Shown here one piece after another: positions 25,665 to 37,442 of a stretch of DNA of 64,000 bases; position 1 is the first letter of the stretch, and each line of letters starts with the position of its first letter. This DNA comes from Peribolospora baueri. Taxonomy: Eukaryota. The DNA lies in assembly GCA_029717555.1 (NCBI GenBank), contig JAMDHS010000069.1, positions 1 to 64,000 on the forward strand, written 5' to 3'. The notes under the pieces were generated by a model that saw only the letters and a program-made list of their open reading frames with translations, did not search any database and was not told the origin of the DNA. Both the position numbers and the translations under genes were made by a program.

Positions 25665-26798
25665 CTCCCTATTAGAGCACGGACGCTTAGAGCACGGACG
25701 TGCGACGCGTCGACCGTTTCCGGTACGCGTTTTTCGCTTTCGCACAAGTGCAGGGCGTTTGCAATTATGCCGCCGAGTACGTGCAATGAATTTTCCCGCG
25801 CCGCAATTGGCGCGTGTGCTCTTCCGACTCCGTATGTGCACATTTTAGATGTCTCAAGTTCTTTTTTCCCATTGCGAGCACGCGCCGGATGTCCCCAGAA
25901 ATCGAGGGCATTCCCAACATATAATAGGAGGATCCACGGTCTGCTGCCCGCATAGCTCTTGAGCCGCTAACAAGCCTCCTTTTCAGCCACCTGACTGTAC
26001 TCGTTCTCTTCACAGCATCAAATCATGAAGATCGCCATCTTCTTGCCCTTCCTGGCCACTATCGGCGCCTCGGCCACGTACACCTCGATCGACTGGCCTG
26101 AGCGGGGCGACGACCGGCGCATGTACAAGCTTGAGGCTCGACAACTCGTCACGGCACAGAACAACCAAGTCCTATCGGGCCGTGCCCCTCTCGGCTCAAT
26201 GGACATTCTGGGCGCGGCCCTCAAGCAAGCCGCGGCGGCAAAGAAAGAAGCGAAGAAGAACGGAAAGAAGAACGAGGGTCCCAAAGATGAGAAGGGACAG
26301 GCTGGCACTCAAGGTGGCGAGGCGAAGGACGTGGGTAATGGCGTTTCGGGAACTAAAGGCCTTAGCGCTCATACCGGCAACGGAGGCTCTGGCACTGGTG
26401 GCCAGGATGGTAATAGCGGGCCGGAGAACACCAACGGAAAGCCCAAGAAGAGTGACGTCAGTGCGTCGAACAAAGGTGGAGCAGTGCATAAGGCACGCGG
26501 ATACAAGGAGGGACCCAAGGGACATAAGTTTGGCAAGGGTGGCCATCATCGCCACCACGGTGTCTCCCGCCGCAAGTTCCGCCGTTCTTTCTTTGGCCGC
26601 CCTTTCCTGGGTCACGCCCACCGCCATGGCCATCACTACAAGGGGGGAAGAGACGGTGACGGGGATGGTCTTGGGGGTTATATTGATGACGCAGAGAGCC
26701 AGCTTCAAGAGACACAGGACACTCTTGACCAGTTCGGAAGCAAGAAGAACATGAAGAAGCTCTCGGCACTGATGGCCAAGGCGGACGAGTTGAAAGAA
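25665..26798. mobile_element. 1134-bp non-rRNA insertion splitting the 18S copy
   Basis: Joining the flanks restores GGGATTGGG|TAAT(C)TGCGCGCCTGCTGCC, continuous antisense 18S with no loss and no duplication. The left end has a 14-bp direct repeat TTAGAGCACGGACG (25672-25685, 25687-25700). Confidence 0.8.
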
Positions 26799-26801
26799 TA
26801 A
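26025..26801 (+). CDS. Intronless putative secreted Gly/Lys/His-rich protein, 258 aa (probably C-terminally truncated)
   Basis: Signal-peptide-like MKIAIFLPFLATIGASA and an LEAR|Q propeptide-like motif. Good start context (tcaaatcATG) and a TATAAT at 25920-25925. Uninterrupted ORF; the TAA at 26799-26801 is 18S sequence. Confidence 0.7.
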   Translation: MKIAIFLPFLATIGASATYTSIDWPERGDDRRMYKLEARQLVTAQNNQVLSGRAPLGSMDILGAALKQAAAAKKEAKKNGKKNEGPKDEKGQAGTQGGEAKDVGNGVSGTKGLSAHTGNGGSGTGGQDGNSGPENTNGKPKKSDVSASNKGGAVHKARGYKEGPKGHKFGKGGHHRHHGVSRRKFRRSFFGRPFLGHAHRHGHHYKGGRDGDGDGLGGYIDDAESQLQETQDTLDQFGSKKNMKKLSALMAKADELKE

Positions 26802-27286
26802 TCTGCGCGCCTGCTGCCTTCCTTGGATGTGGTAGCCGTTTCTCAGGCTCCCTCTCCGGAATCGAACCCTTATTCCCCGTTACCCGTTGAAACCATGGTA
26901 GGCCCTTATCCTACCACCGAAAGTTGATAGTGCAGATCTTTGAATGAAGCATCGCCGGCGCAAGGCCATGCGATTCGAGACGTTATTATGAATCACCAAC
27001 AAGGGACCCCGAAGGGGCTGGCTTTTATCTAATAAATACACCCGTCCCAGAAGTCGGGGCTTTTATCTAATAAATGCACGCATCCCAGAAGACCAGAAGT
27101 CGGGGCTTTTAAGCTTGTATTAGCTCTGGAATTACCACAGTTATCCATGTAACTGGGTACCATCAAATAAACTATAACTCATTTAATGAGCCATTCGCAA
27201 TTTCCCTGTACAAAAGTTTGTACTTAGCCATGCATGGCTTAAATCCTTGAGACAAGCATATGACTACTGGCAGAATCAACCAGGTT
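26799..27286 (-). pseudogene. 18S rRNA pseudogene, 5' portion
   Basis: Minus strand begins AACCTGGTTGATTCTGCCAGTAGTCATATGCTTGTCTCAA (SSU 5' end, mutated). Contains GGGTTCGATTCCGGAGAGGGAGCCTGAGAAACGGCTACCACATCCAAGG and an internal tandem duplication at about 27020-27091. Confidence 0.93.
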
Positions 27287-27288
27287 AC

Positions 27289-27431
27289 TGTAACGGGTAG
27301 GGCTACCTCCGGGGACTCCCTTGTTCCCACGGGCCAGGGTAGGGTTACCTCCAAGTGTATGTATGTAAATAGCCCTGCTCGGAGGAATGGGACCAGAGTT
27401 CTACCGTCATCTTAAGCGTATTACCGCTACA
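27289..27431 (+). mobile_element. Putative short (143 bp) 5' LTR of an LTR retrotransposon
   Basis: TG...CA ends with inverted termini TGTAACGG / CCGCTACA (7/8). Internal 16-bp direct repeat GGGTAGGG(C/T)TACCTCC at 27295-27310 and 27337-27352. Followed immediately by a PBS-like sequence. Confidence 0.7.
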
Positions 27432-27447
27432 TGGCGACGCCAGCAGG
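27432..27447 (+). promoter_or_regulatory. Primer-binding site complementary to a tRNA-Ser-type 3' end
   Basis: TGGCGACGCCAGCAGG is the reverse complement of CCTGC (T-stem) + TGGCGTC (7-nt acceptor strand) + G (discriminator) + CCA, the layout of eukaryotic tRNA-Ser 3' ends. Confidence 0.65.
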
Positions 27448-27574
27448 TCCCCAAGCCTGAAGGTTACCTTGGAGCACTGCGCCCGAGACGATTTGACTCC
27501 TACGTGATTCTCCTTCAACCCTCAGTCCTCTTTCCAGCATCTCGCTCCCCCCCCCCCCCCACCCCCCCATCAAT

Positions 27575-27793
27575 ATGCCTCCCGTTACCCGTGCCGACTC
27601 CCAGCGCAAGCCAGCTGACGGTCCCCCGCGGTTCGACGAGCACCATCCCGACCCCTCTCGGGCCGGACCCATACACCCCGCCCCTACGGTCCCCGATGGC
27701 GACCCGGACCACCTCGATCGTCTCATCAGCCTCACTAATCCCCTTTTTCGCTTTCTTATCAGTACCTTCCAAGTTGTTCAACCACTAAATTAA
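27575..27793 (+). pseudogene. Possible truncated gag N-terminus (MPPVTRADSQRK...)
   Basis: First strong ATG downstream of the LTR/PBS and a C-rich leader; the ORF runs into the AT-rich tandem repeat. Assigned by position only. Confidence 0.35.
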
Positions 27794-27980
27794 AATATTG
27801 CAATAACCGTTCTCCCTTCAAGAATAACATTTGTACGTTCCAAGACGTTCAACCACTAAATTAAAATATTGCAATAACCGTTCTCCCTATTCAAGAATAA
27901 CATTTGTACGTTCCAAGACGTTCAACCACTAAATTAAAATATTGCAATAACCGCTCTCCCAATTCAAGAATTACATTTGT
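27767..27980. repeat. AT-rich tandem repeat, 3 copies of about 71-73 bp
   Basis: Units TTCCAAG..GTTCAACCACTAAATTAAAATATTGCAATAACCG..TTCAAGAAT(A/T)ACATTTGT start at 27767, 27838 and 27911. Confidence 0.95.
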
Positions 27981-29900
27981 GACCTGAAGACTTTCAAATC
28001 GTCGACGTCCCTTCTCTTTCTACTCTCTTCTCCTTTCCCGCTCGAACTTGATCGACTCTCTCTCCTTATCGCGACAGACCACTGAGAGACGGCGGGTTGG
28101 ATGAAGGCGGTAAAGACGGAGGAGCGAGCAAAAGAGGAAGCCAGCGGCATTCAGTTCTTTCGCTTCCGAACCCTTTCGCCCGAAGCTGAACGAAGATCGC
28201 CCCGCTCACCGGTGTACTGGCTGAACGTGCTCGCGCCGATAAAGGGGCGGATGTCCTGACCCCTGGCGTGAAAGCATACAGTCTTGTCAGGCATCATGCC
28301 TTGGCCTTTTGTGGCTCGGACGCGCTGGCATAGGTTGGTCTGCATTGCCAAGTCGCGGTTAGTCGCGGTCGAAGGAAGCGGGGAGAGATAAACTTGGTAC
28401 AATCGCACCAGACGAAAGGAGGCGGTGCTTCCTCTTACCTTTCCAAACTTGCAGCGGGGAGAATGCAGACAGAATTTCAGCGATGGACGACGGGAGACGA
28501 TGCGCTGAACTGAATCGGCGCCGCTTCGATACGACGTCTCCAAAACGAGCGCTTCACCATGCACTCTCTACGTTCCGCAGTGTAAAGCAAGATGCCAAAG
28601 GGTTTTCACCCGAGATGCAAACAAGGAAGGCGTCCTCAGGATCCCTCCGCAGTGGCTAAAAGAAGGGCCTCGGTGAGCTTCCCACTCACCTCGGAAGTCC
28701 TCCCTCCCACCCGTCCTCTTTGCCGCTGGCACCTGCTCCAGCACTCGACCCCCAACTCCCAAGTCTTTCTCTCGCCCTGCTCCTCAGGCCTCTTCGAAAT
28801 CCGTCCATCGGGCCCCCTCGCCCATCTCTCCTCTTCCGTTTTCCTTCACTCCTCCGTCTTCCCGCCCGGTACAAAGCTCGCAGAGTGGTTGAGATAGGGG
28901 TAAGCGACAGCAAGTGCGCGTGTGCGGACAAGTTCGGAAAAGTTAGGTTGTGCGGGCGATGTGCATATAACGAAAACGAGGAGAGGGACCGAGTCGACGA
29001 CCTTTTTTTGCCGCATCGTCGTCAGAAGGTCCAGTCCACATGGACGAGGCGTCGGGCACCTGGATCTTCTCTCGGTAACAGAAACGAGGGAAAAGGGAAG
29101 GAGGGGGGAACGAAGGGGGGGTAAAACGCCATCATCGGCGTCTCCTGCGCGCGCGACATCAGTGGGCTTGACGGACCCTGACCGCGTCAAGGGGCCGCAA
29201 CAAGTTTCCGGGGATCGTGGTGGTGCCTGGACGGGGGTGAATGCCACGGATCTACCTCCCAGGGCCACCTCGTTTCATCTTATCTTCTATCCGGCTGTAC
29301 CTTTCGGCCTCGACCTCGGCGTCGGACGTCCCACATCCCGTCGTCGCCGTCTCCCTCCTTCGCCCCTTCCTTCCTTCCGTCCGTCCGTCCGTTCGTCATC
29401 GTCGCAGCAAAGCAAGCCGTGGAGAAAAGAGCAGTGGTGGAAAAGGGAAGGGAAGGGAAGGGAGCGAGGGAGCGATTGTTAGACGAGGGAATGGAGTTGA
29501 AAGGAACGGGCGGCCGGACGGCGGAACTCGTGGGCATTTTATCTATCTCATGCCCTGTGACGAATGAGGGGCATCGATCGGCGGGGAGGGAGGACGGCGT
29601 GGGGCGCCAGCCATCGCGACACCGTGTCATGTCATGTCATGCATGGGAAATGAAGGAAAACGGGGGAAGACAAGGGTTTACGGCGGTTTGCGACTCGGTT
29701 CGATTTCGATTTCATTCTCGTTGTGTGGAAGGAAGGAAGGGGATGTCTTTGGCGAGGGGCGTCGGGGACGCCGGGGGGGGTGGGGGGGGAATGGCGGATA
29801 GGAATATATATGGATAGATCCTTTGGGGATCCGACAGACAGACAAAGACAAAGACAAGCAGACGCACGAGCCGGGCCGCACTGGCCGCACGGACGGACGC

Positions 29901-31429
<1,529 letters not shown>

Positions 31430-32294
31430 GGTGGCGACGGTGGGGTGGGTGAGAGCGGTGGAGGAAGGAAGAAAGAGGAAGAGAGAAAGGAAAGGGGGAG
31501 TATGTGATCTATATATGCGTCATATAGACAGAGACGGACGCCGAATACGTATATGTATATATAGACATGCTCACTCCGTCTCAGAGTCATTGGCCCCGGA
31601 CGGAGGAAGAAAGAGCGCTCGAGCGCGGCGAGCGACAAGACAAGACGAGAGATGGAGGGATGGCGAACGGACGGACGACGGGGGACGAACGTTGGGGCGG
31701 GTCCCTGCCGAATCTGCGCTCGATCACCATCCGTTCCCGGAAACAGCATTCGCATGCATCATCGCATCGTATCGTATCGTATCGCCTCAAATCGGACCAC
31801 CTCATCCCATCTCCTTCCGCTCGTACCGCAAGCAAGCAAGGGACGACGACGGCGACCGCTATGGTGACGGCCATAGATAGCCACGCGAGACGACAGTGTA
31901 CGATCGCACTCGTGATGAGCCAGACAGACAGACAGACGCACAGCCACACAGCCAGACAAGCGCTGTTCGAGCGCGAGCGACAAACCGTGTCCAGGGCTGC
32001 GTCGACGGACGGAGGGAGGGAGGGACGGATGGAAAAAGAAGAAATCGGGAAGGGAAGGGAAGACGGAAGGATAGCAGGCAAGCGCTAAGCCGAGCCGACG
32101 CAACGCAACGCAACGCAACGCAAGCCCAGGGCAACGCCCCACCCGCCGCAGCAACCCTCACCGGCCCATTACGTAACGCGGACGACATCGATCAGTCAGC
32201 CAGCGATCGGTCCCAAGCCGACGCCCAGGGACGGCCTCTGATACGCTCGCGGGGATGATCGTGTACTGTAGTCACGTATTGCTCCTCACGACGT

Positions 32295-35200
32295 CTATTT
32301 CTTCCCGCCGCCGGCTCTCGTATCCAACACACGCAAGAATGCCGACGCCTCGATCTCCACCTTGCCCAGCCTCTTCAGCCGGCGCTTACCCTCTTTTTGT
32401 TTGTTCAGTTGCTTGAGCTGCGATGGCACGTCCATGTGTGTGGGGACGAAACGAGACGGGCCGGGTCCGGACGGGACGACAGACAGACAGACAAGACGTC
32501 AGTGGTCGCGGTCGCCGGGCGGGGCCGGGCGGGAGGAGATGGATGATAGATAGATAGATGGGATGCAGTGCAGCGATCCCCACCCACCTTGCGCTCGTAG
32601 TGCCCCCCATAAAGGCCGGCAGTCACGTCCTTCTTCACCGCGCTCATGCTCTCTCGCGCCACCACCTTGCCGTCCACGGCGGCCTGGATCGCAACGTCGA
32701 ACAGCTGTCGCGGGATCACCTCCCGCATCTTCTTTGTCCACTTGCGCCCTTCCGACACCGTCTCGGACCGGTGGAGGATCATGGCTAGCGCGTCCACCGG
32801 CTGTTGGGCGACTAGGATGTTCATCTGACAGCGCGAGCCGAAAGAAAACGCCACGCCCCCTTGTGAGGAGAGAGCGGCGAAGGGAAGAAAGAAAGGAACG
32901 ACGGAAGAGTCCACCCACCCTCACGAGATCGCTCGGCACATACCCCGACTCCTCGTATTCGAACGACGCAAACCCACTCGACCGGCTCTTGAGCTTGTCG
33001 AAAAAGTCGGTCACAATCTCCGTCAGAGGCATCCTGTACGCCATCGTGACCCGCTGCGCATCTACAAAGTCGTATGACACCGGCTCGCCGCGGTGTTCCT
33101 GACGGCAAGCGATGGGCGACGGGCGACGAACGAAAGGGATTCGTCTCGTCAGCCGGCTCCCCTTCGACCCACCACCTTGACACTCGCACCGCGACTCACC
33201 GCGCAAAGCTCCATCATTTCGCCCGTGTACTCATTCGGCACCACGATCCTCGCCACCACCATCGGCTCCTGCACCTCCTTCACCTTTGCCGCCCTCTCCT
33301 GGCCTTCTGGAAATTCTACCGGGTTGGTCACCAACCGCGTCCGGCCGTCTCTGTAGACCACTACGAGCCCGAAGAAGAAAATTCACCGGTGAGATAGTGG
33401 AGACGGATGAGATCAGCGTCCCCTCGTCTACCGTGCGCTCACCCTTGTACGGCACCGTCGGAGCCGTGACGATGATCCGAGCCCCATATTCGTCTTCCAG
33501 CCGCTGCCGAAACACGTCCATGTGCAGCGTGCCCAGGAAGCCCAGCCTGCATCCCTGCCCCAGCGCCGCACTCGACGCCCGCGACACGCTCACGCTCCGG
33601 TCGTTGATCGTCAGCTTGGAGATGGCCTCTTCCTGCGGAGTCCCCCGGTGCCAAGCGCCCACGTGAGCACCCAAGTCAAGTCAAGTCAAGTCACCGGAGT
33701 AGAGGCAAAAGACGAGACATGACGGAAAACCCACAAGCTTGACAAAGTCCGTCTGTTCCACCGGAAACACCCCCGCGAACACCATCGGCGCCGCCTCCTT
33801 GAACCCGTCCAACGCCCGTACTGTCTCCCCTGCCATGTGCCACGTGTCCCCGATGTGTGCTGGCCGAGTCGATGCCGTGTTCGTTCGTACCACGTCGGTC
33901 AGTCCAGTCGATCAGGCAGTCCCGTCAGTCAGTCCGTACGTCTATCTGGTCGCTGCACAGTCTGCATGTTCGGATGGCCCACCTTCTTTGACGTCTTTCA
34001 TGTTACACTGCGTGCGAGAGCCAGGAGGGGGGGGAGAGATGTGATCAGTGGGCGGTGGGGGAAACGGCGGTGCACAGCGACACAACACGGGTCGACATGG
34101 TCACGGCGTATGGGCTGGGCGCCCGACCGCCATCACCACCGCCACCGCCACTCACGATGACCCAGCCGACTTGGCCTTTGCGCAGCACCGGCATCGAGAC
34201 CGGTTCCGGGTTGTTGATTCCCTTCCGTCCCAAGACAAGGCGAGATCAAAAAAAGGTACGCGACACGGGTGTCAGCCGTTGGCCGACTGTCGTCGGAGCT
34301 AGGACGCCACAGCGCCGGCCCATGTGCGGATCGCACTCACGACGTCGATGACCTCGTACCGCTTCCGCGTGTGCGCCGAAGCAATCTTGTCCCCTGCCCG
34401 CGGTCGGCGACCGAACCGAACGCAGCCCCAACGCCGGAAGGTGAGCGCACGTCACATCACATCACATCACGAGGGATCCGCCCTCGCTCCGTCGCTCGAC
34501 GCGCACCTTTCCTGATCGACCCGTCCTTGATCGCGAGCAGCGCGATGACACCCTTGTATTGATCGAACCTGTCCACGACGCCGGAGGAGAGGACAGGACG
34601 GAAAGGCACAAAAGCATGAGGAGGAAAGGATGGTCAAAAATCGACTCGGACGGGTCGGTCGGCGTTGACGACGTTTGAGCGTGGATGGCTCACCACGCAT
34701 CGAACACGAGCGCCCTCAGATCCTTCCCCGCCCACTCCGTCGGTTGCGGAGGAGTAGTAGCGGCGGTAGCGGTGGCGGCCGCGGCGGTCCCCGCACCCGC
34801 TTCGCTACCGTCGAGCACGGGCACGCGCTCGATGATGGCGTCCAGGACTGCGCCGACGCCCTCGCCCGTTTTGGCCGACACGTGTAACGCGCCGGAGACG
34901 TCGAGGCCGAGCACGGTGGCGATCTGGTGCGACACGCCTTCCGTGTCTGCCGCGGGGAGGTCGATCTGTGGTGTGATGGATGGGAGCAAGATGGAATGGA
35001 ATTGGCGAAAGGAGACAGGTTCGGCGCGGCGCGGCGCGGCGCGTTCATGAGATCGTGTAAGGAACGCCTGCCTCTGAGGTCGGGCTCACCTTGTTGATCA
35101 CCGGGATGATAGTAAGCCCTCGTTGCTTGGCCACGTTGAAGACGGACAGGGTCTGCGCTTGGATGCCCTCTAAAGTGACGGACGGGATTCGGTCTTGGCT

Positions 35201-36180
35201 TGTGAGACTACGCGCGCCCTAGGCACTCCTGGTCGCCCCGTCGAAGCAGGCCCGGGCTCACTCACGAGTCGCATCCACGAGGAGCAGAGCGCCCTGACAG
35301 GCGGCAAGGCTCCTTGATACTTCGTAGGCAAAGTCGACGTGACCCTTTGCATCGTACGCCGTGAGCGAAAGGCGGGCGGAAGAAGACACAGCGCGGCAGC
35401 CGGGTCACATTTCGATCCAAAGAGCGAAAGGAACGGAAAGGAGCGACTCACAGGTGTATCGATCAAGTTGAGCAAGTATCTCCTCCCGTCTATCTCCCTC
35501 TCATACACCATGCTCACCGCCTGCGACTTGACCGTGATACCCCTCTCCCGCTCCACCTTGAGCTTGTCCAGGAACTGCTGCGCGCCGCCCGGCGCGATCG
35601 TGCCAGTCTGTTCGAGCAGACGGTCGGCGAGCGAGGACTTTCCGTGGTCGATGTGCGCTGCGCGGGAGAGAGGAAGGAGGCGTTATTATCAAGCGAAGAA
35701 GACGAGACCAGACGGGGACGAGTTTGGAGCGCACCGATGATGGAAAACGAGCGATTCTCGAGCTCGTGGAACGAGGTCGGGTCGTTATCGACGGCTTTTT
35801 CTTTTCCCTTTGCCTGTGCGCGCGTGCCCCGAAGAAGGACGAGAAAGAAGGGTTTTAGAGCAAGAAAGTGGCCGGTGTGGGCTGGAAGAAGTAGGCGACG
35901 AGGCAGCACTCCCATTTTTGCGACCACTCCCACTCACCTTGGAAGCCGACGACACATGCAGCGCCCTCGCCGCCGTCGCCGCTCTCGTCCAGACGGGATA
36001 CAACACCGCCCATCCCCTCGGCAGAGACCGACCAACCCGACGGGCACGGGCCTCTTCGTCGGCGACGGCGCGCAGGCCGATGCGCGGGCGCGAAGAAGAA
36101 GAAACGGAGGCTGCGGCGGCGGCGGCGTGAAAAGATCGTGAACGAACTGCGAGCGACGCAGAGGCCCTTGAGCATGCCAT
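32295..36180 (-). CDS. GUF1: Mitochondrial translation factor GUF1 (EF4/LepA), multi-exon
   Basis: Presequence-like N-terminus, [109 protein letters not shown]. Confidence 0.95.
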
Positions 36181-36411
36181 GGCGGGCGGCGAAGACGGTC
36201 GTCGTCGTGGTGCACTGACTGACGCCGACTGCGACTGCTTGGGCGAGCGAGCGAGCGAGGAAGCGGAGCGGCGGCGGGGGCGGGGGCGAGGAAGAAAGGA
36301 GGAGATGGATGGAAGTGGGTGGTCGAAATCTCCGAGGACCCGATCAGCCGAATATCCGCCCGCAGTCGCCGTCCAAAACCTCAAGGAGAAATGAAATCCG
36401 TTTGTCCATCA

Positions 36412-36446
<35 letters not shown>

Positions 36447-37442
36447 TTCTGTCTGTCTGTCGTCTTCCCCTATCATATCATGTTACGGTCAGCCGTAGCA
36501 TGGTGCTGAACGTGCGACGATGCAGCGAAGACGGGAGGTGGAAAGGAAGAGGAGGGGAAAGAGCGCGGTGACGTCGACGAAAAACGACGCTCGGGTCGGT
36601 CTATCGACGGGGGTTACGACCGATCTGTCACGACAGACAGACAAGACAGGCTGGGTCCAGGCGGTCGGTCGGATCGGACTTTGGTTTCTTCCATGAAGAC
36701 ACGGGAAGGCGGGACGCAGGTTGAGGGAGGGACGGCTGAGAGGCGTCGTCCGACGGTGGCCAAGGAGGCATCATCGACTATCCTGATCCTGATCCTGACC
36801 GATCCTGATCCAGGCTCGAAGCAGACCTACGTCTTGTAATGTTACGTCATGGCATCGGGACCAACACAGAGAAGACCCATAGCGATGACGAGGGAGCGGC
36901 CGACCGACTACGAAAAAAAAAAAAGAAAAGAAAAAAAAGAGAAAAGGAAGGCAGGTATAAAGGGAGGTTGGGTGCCAAAGACCGCGAGAAGGGCGGTAGG
37001 GAGTAAATGGGGACGAGGGGGACGAAAGAAAGACAAATGAGCGTGGGTGGGTGGGTGGGTGCGGGCCACTAAGGAAGAGGCGAAAGGCAAGAAGCAGAAA
37101 GACGAAAAAAAGAGTGTGGGGCCGTGACCTGGATACAAGGACCTGACTTGACAAACTCGCAGGTGACCAAAAAAAAGAGCGGGGGAGAAAACGCGAAGAC
37201 GAAGGGAGGGACTGGCGAACGAACGAACGAACGTACGACGCGAACGAGACGAGACACGGACGGTGAGGGAGGGAAGAAAAGGTACAAGAGGAGTGGAAGG
37301 GAATGCAAGCCCGTAGCGAAGGAAGGAAGCCAGGAAAGGAAGCAGAAGTGATTGATGTCCGTGACCGCCTCATTTCGTCCACCGTCTATAACGCCCGAGC
37401 TGACGCCGTCCGTGGAACCCAAAGCGCCACGCCACGCCGGCT

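Noticed and set aside
25813..25827. 15-nt match (CGTGTGCTCTTCCGA) to the Illumina TruSeq adapter
   Set aside because: It lacks the flanking GA..TCT and is not at a junction, so it is probably chance. It is still a reason to verify the island with raw reads.
25665..26798. Group I or spliceosomal intron in 18S with a homing endonuclease
   Set aside because: On the rRNA strand the upstream exon ends in A rather than U and the insert begins TT rather than GT. No P/Q/R/S elements were seen, and the ORF has no His-Cys, LAGLIDADG or GIY-YIG motifs.
22952..27286. Functional rRNA operon
   Set aside because: Single copy among protein genes, large LSU deletions, a split 18S and mutations at invariant positions.
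27767..27980. CRISPR array
   Set aside because: Eukaryotic context, contiguous repeats without unique spacers, and no cas genes.
28151..29124. ORFs of 130-140 aa to the right of the island
   Set aside because: No recognisable motifs or convincing exon structure; could be degenerate element DNA, but I cannot support that.
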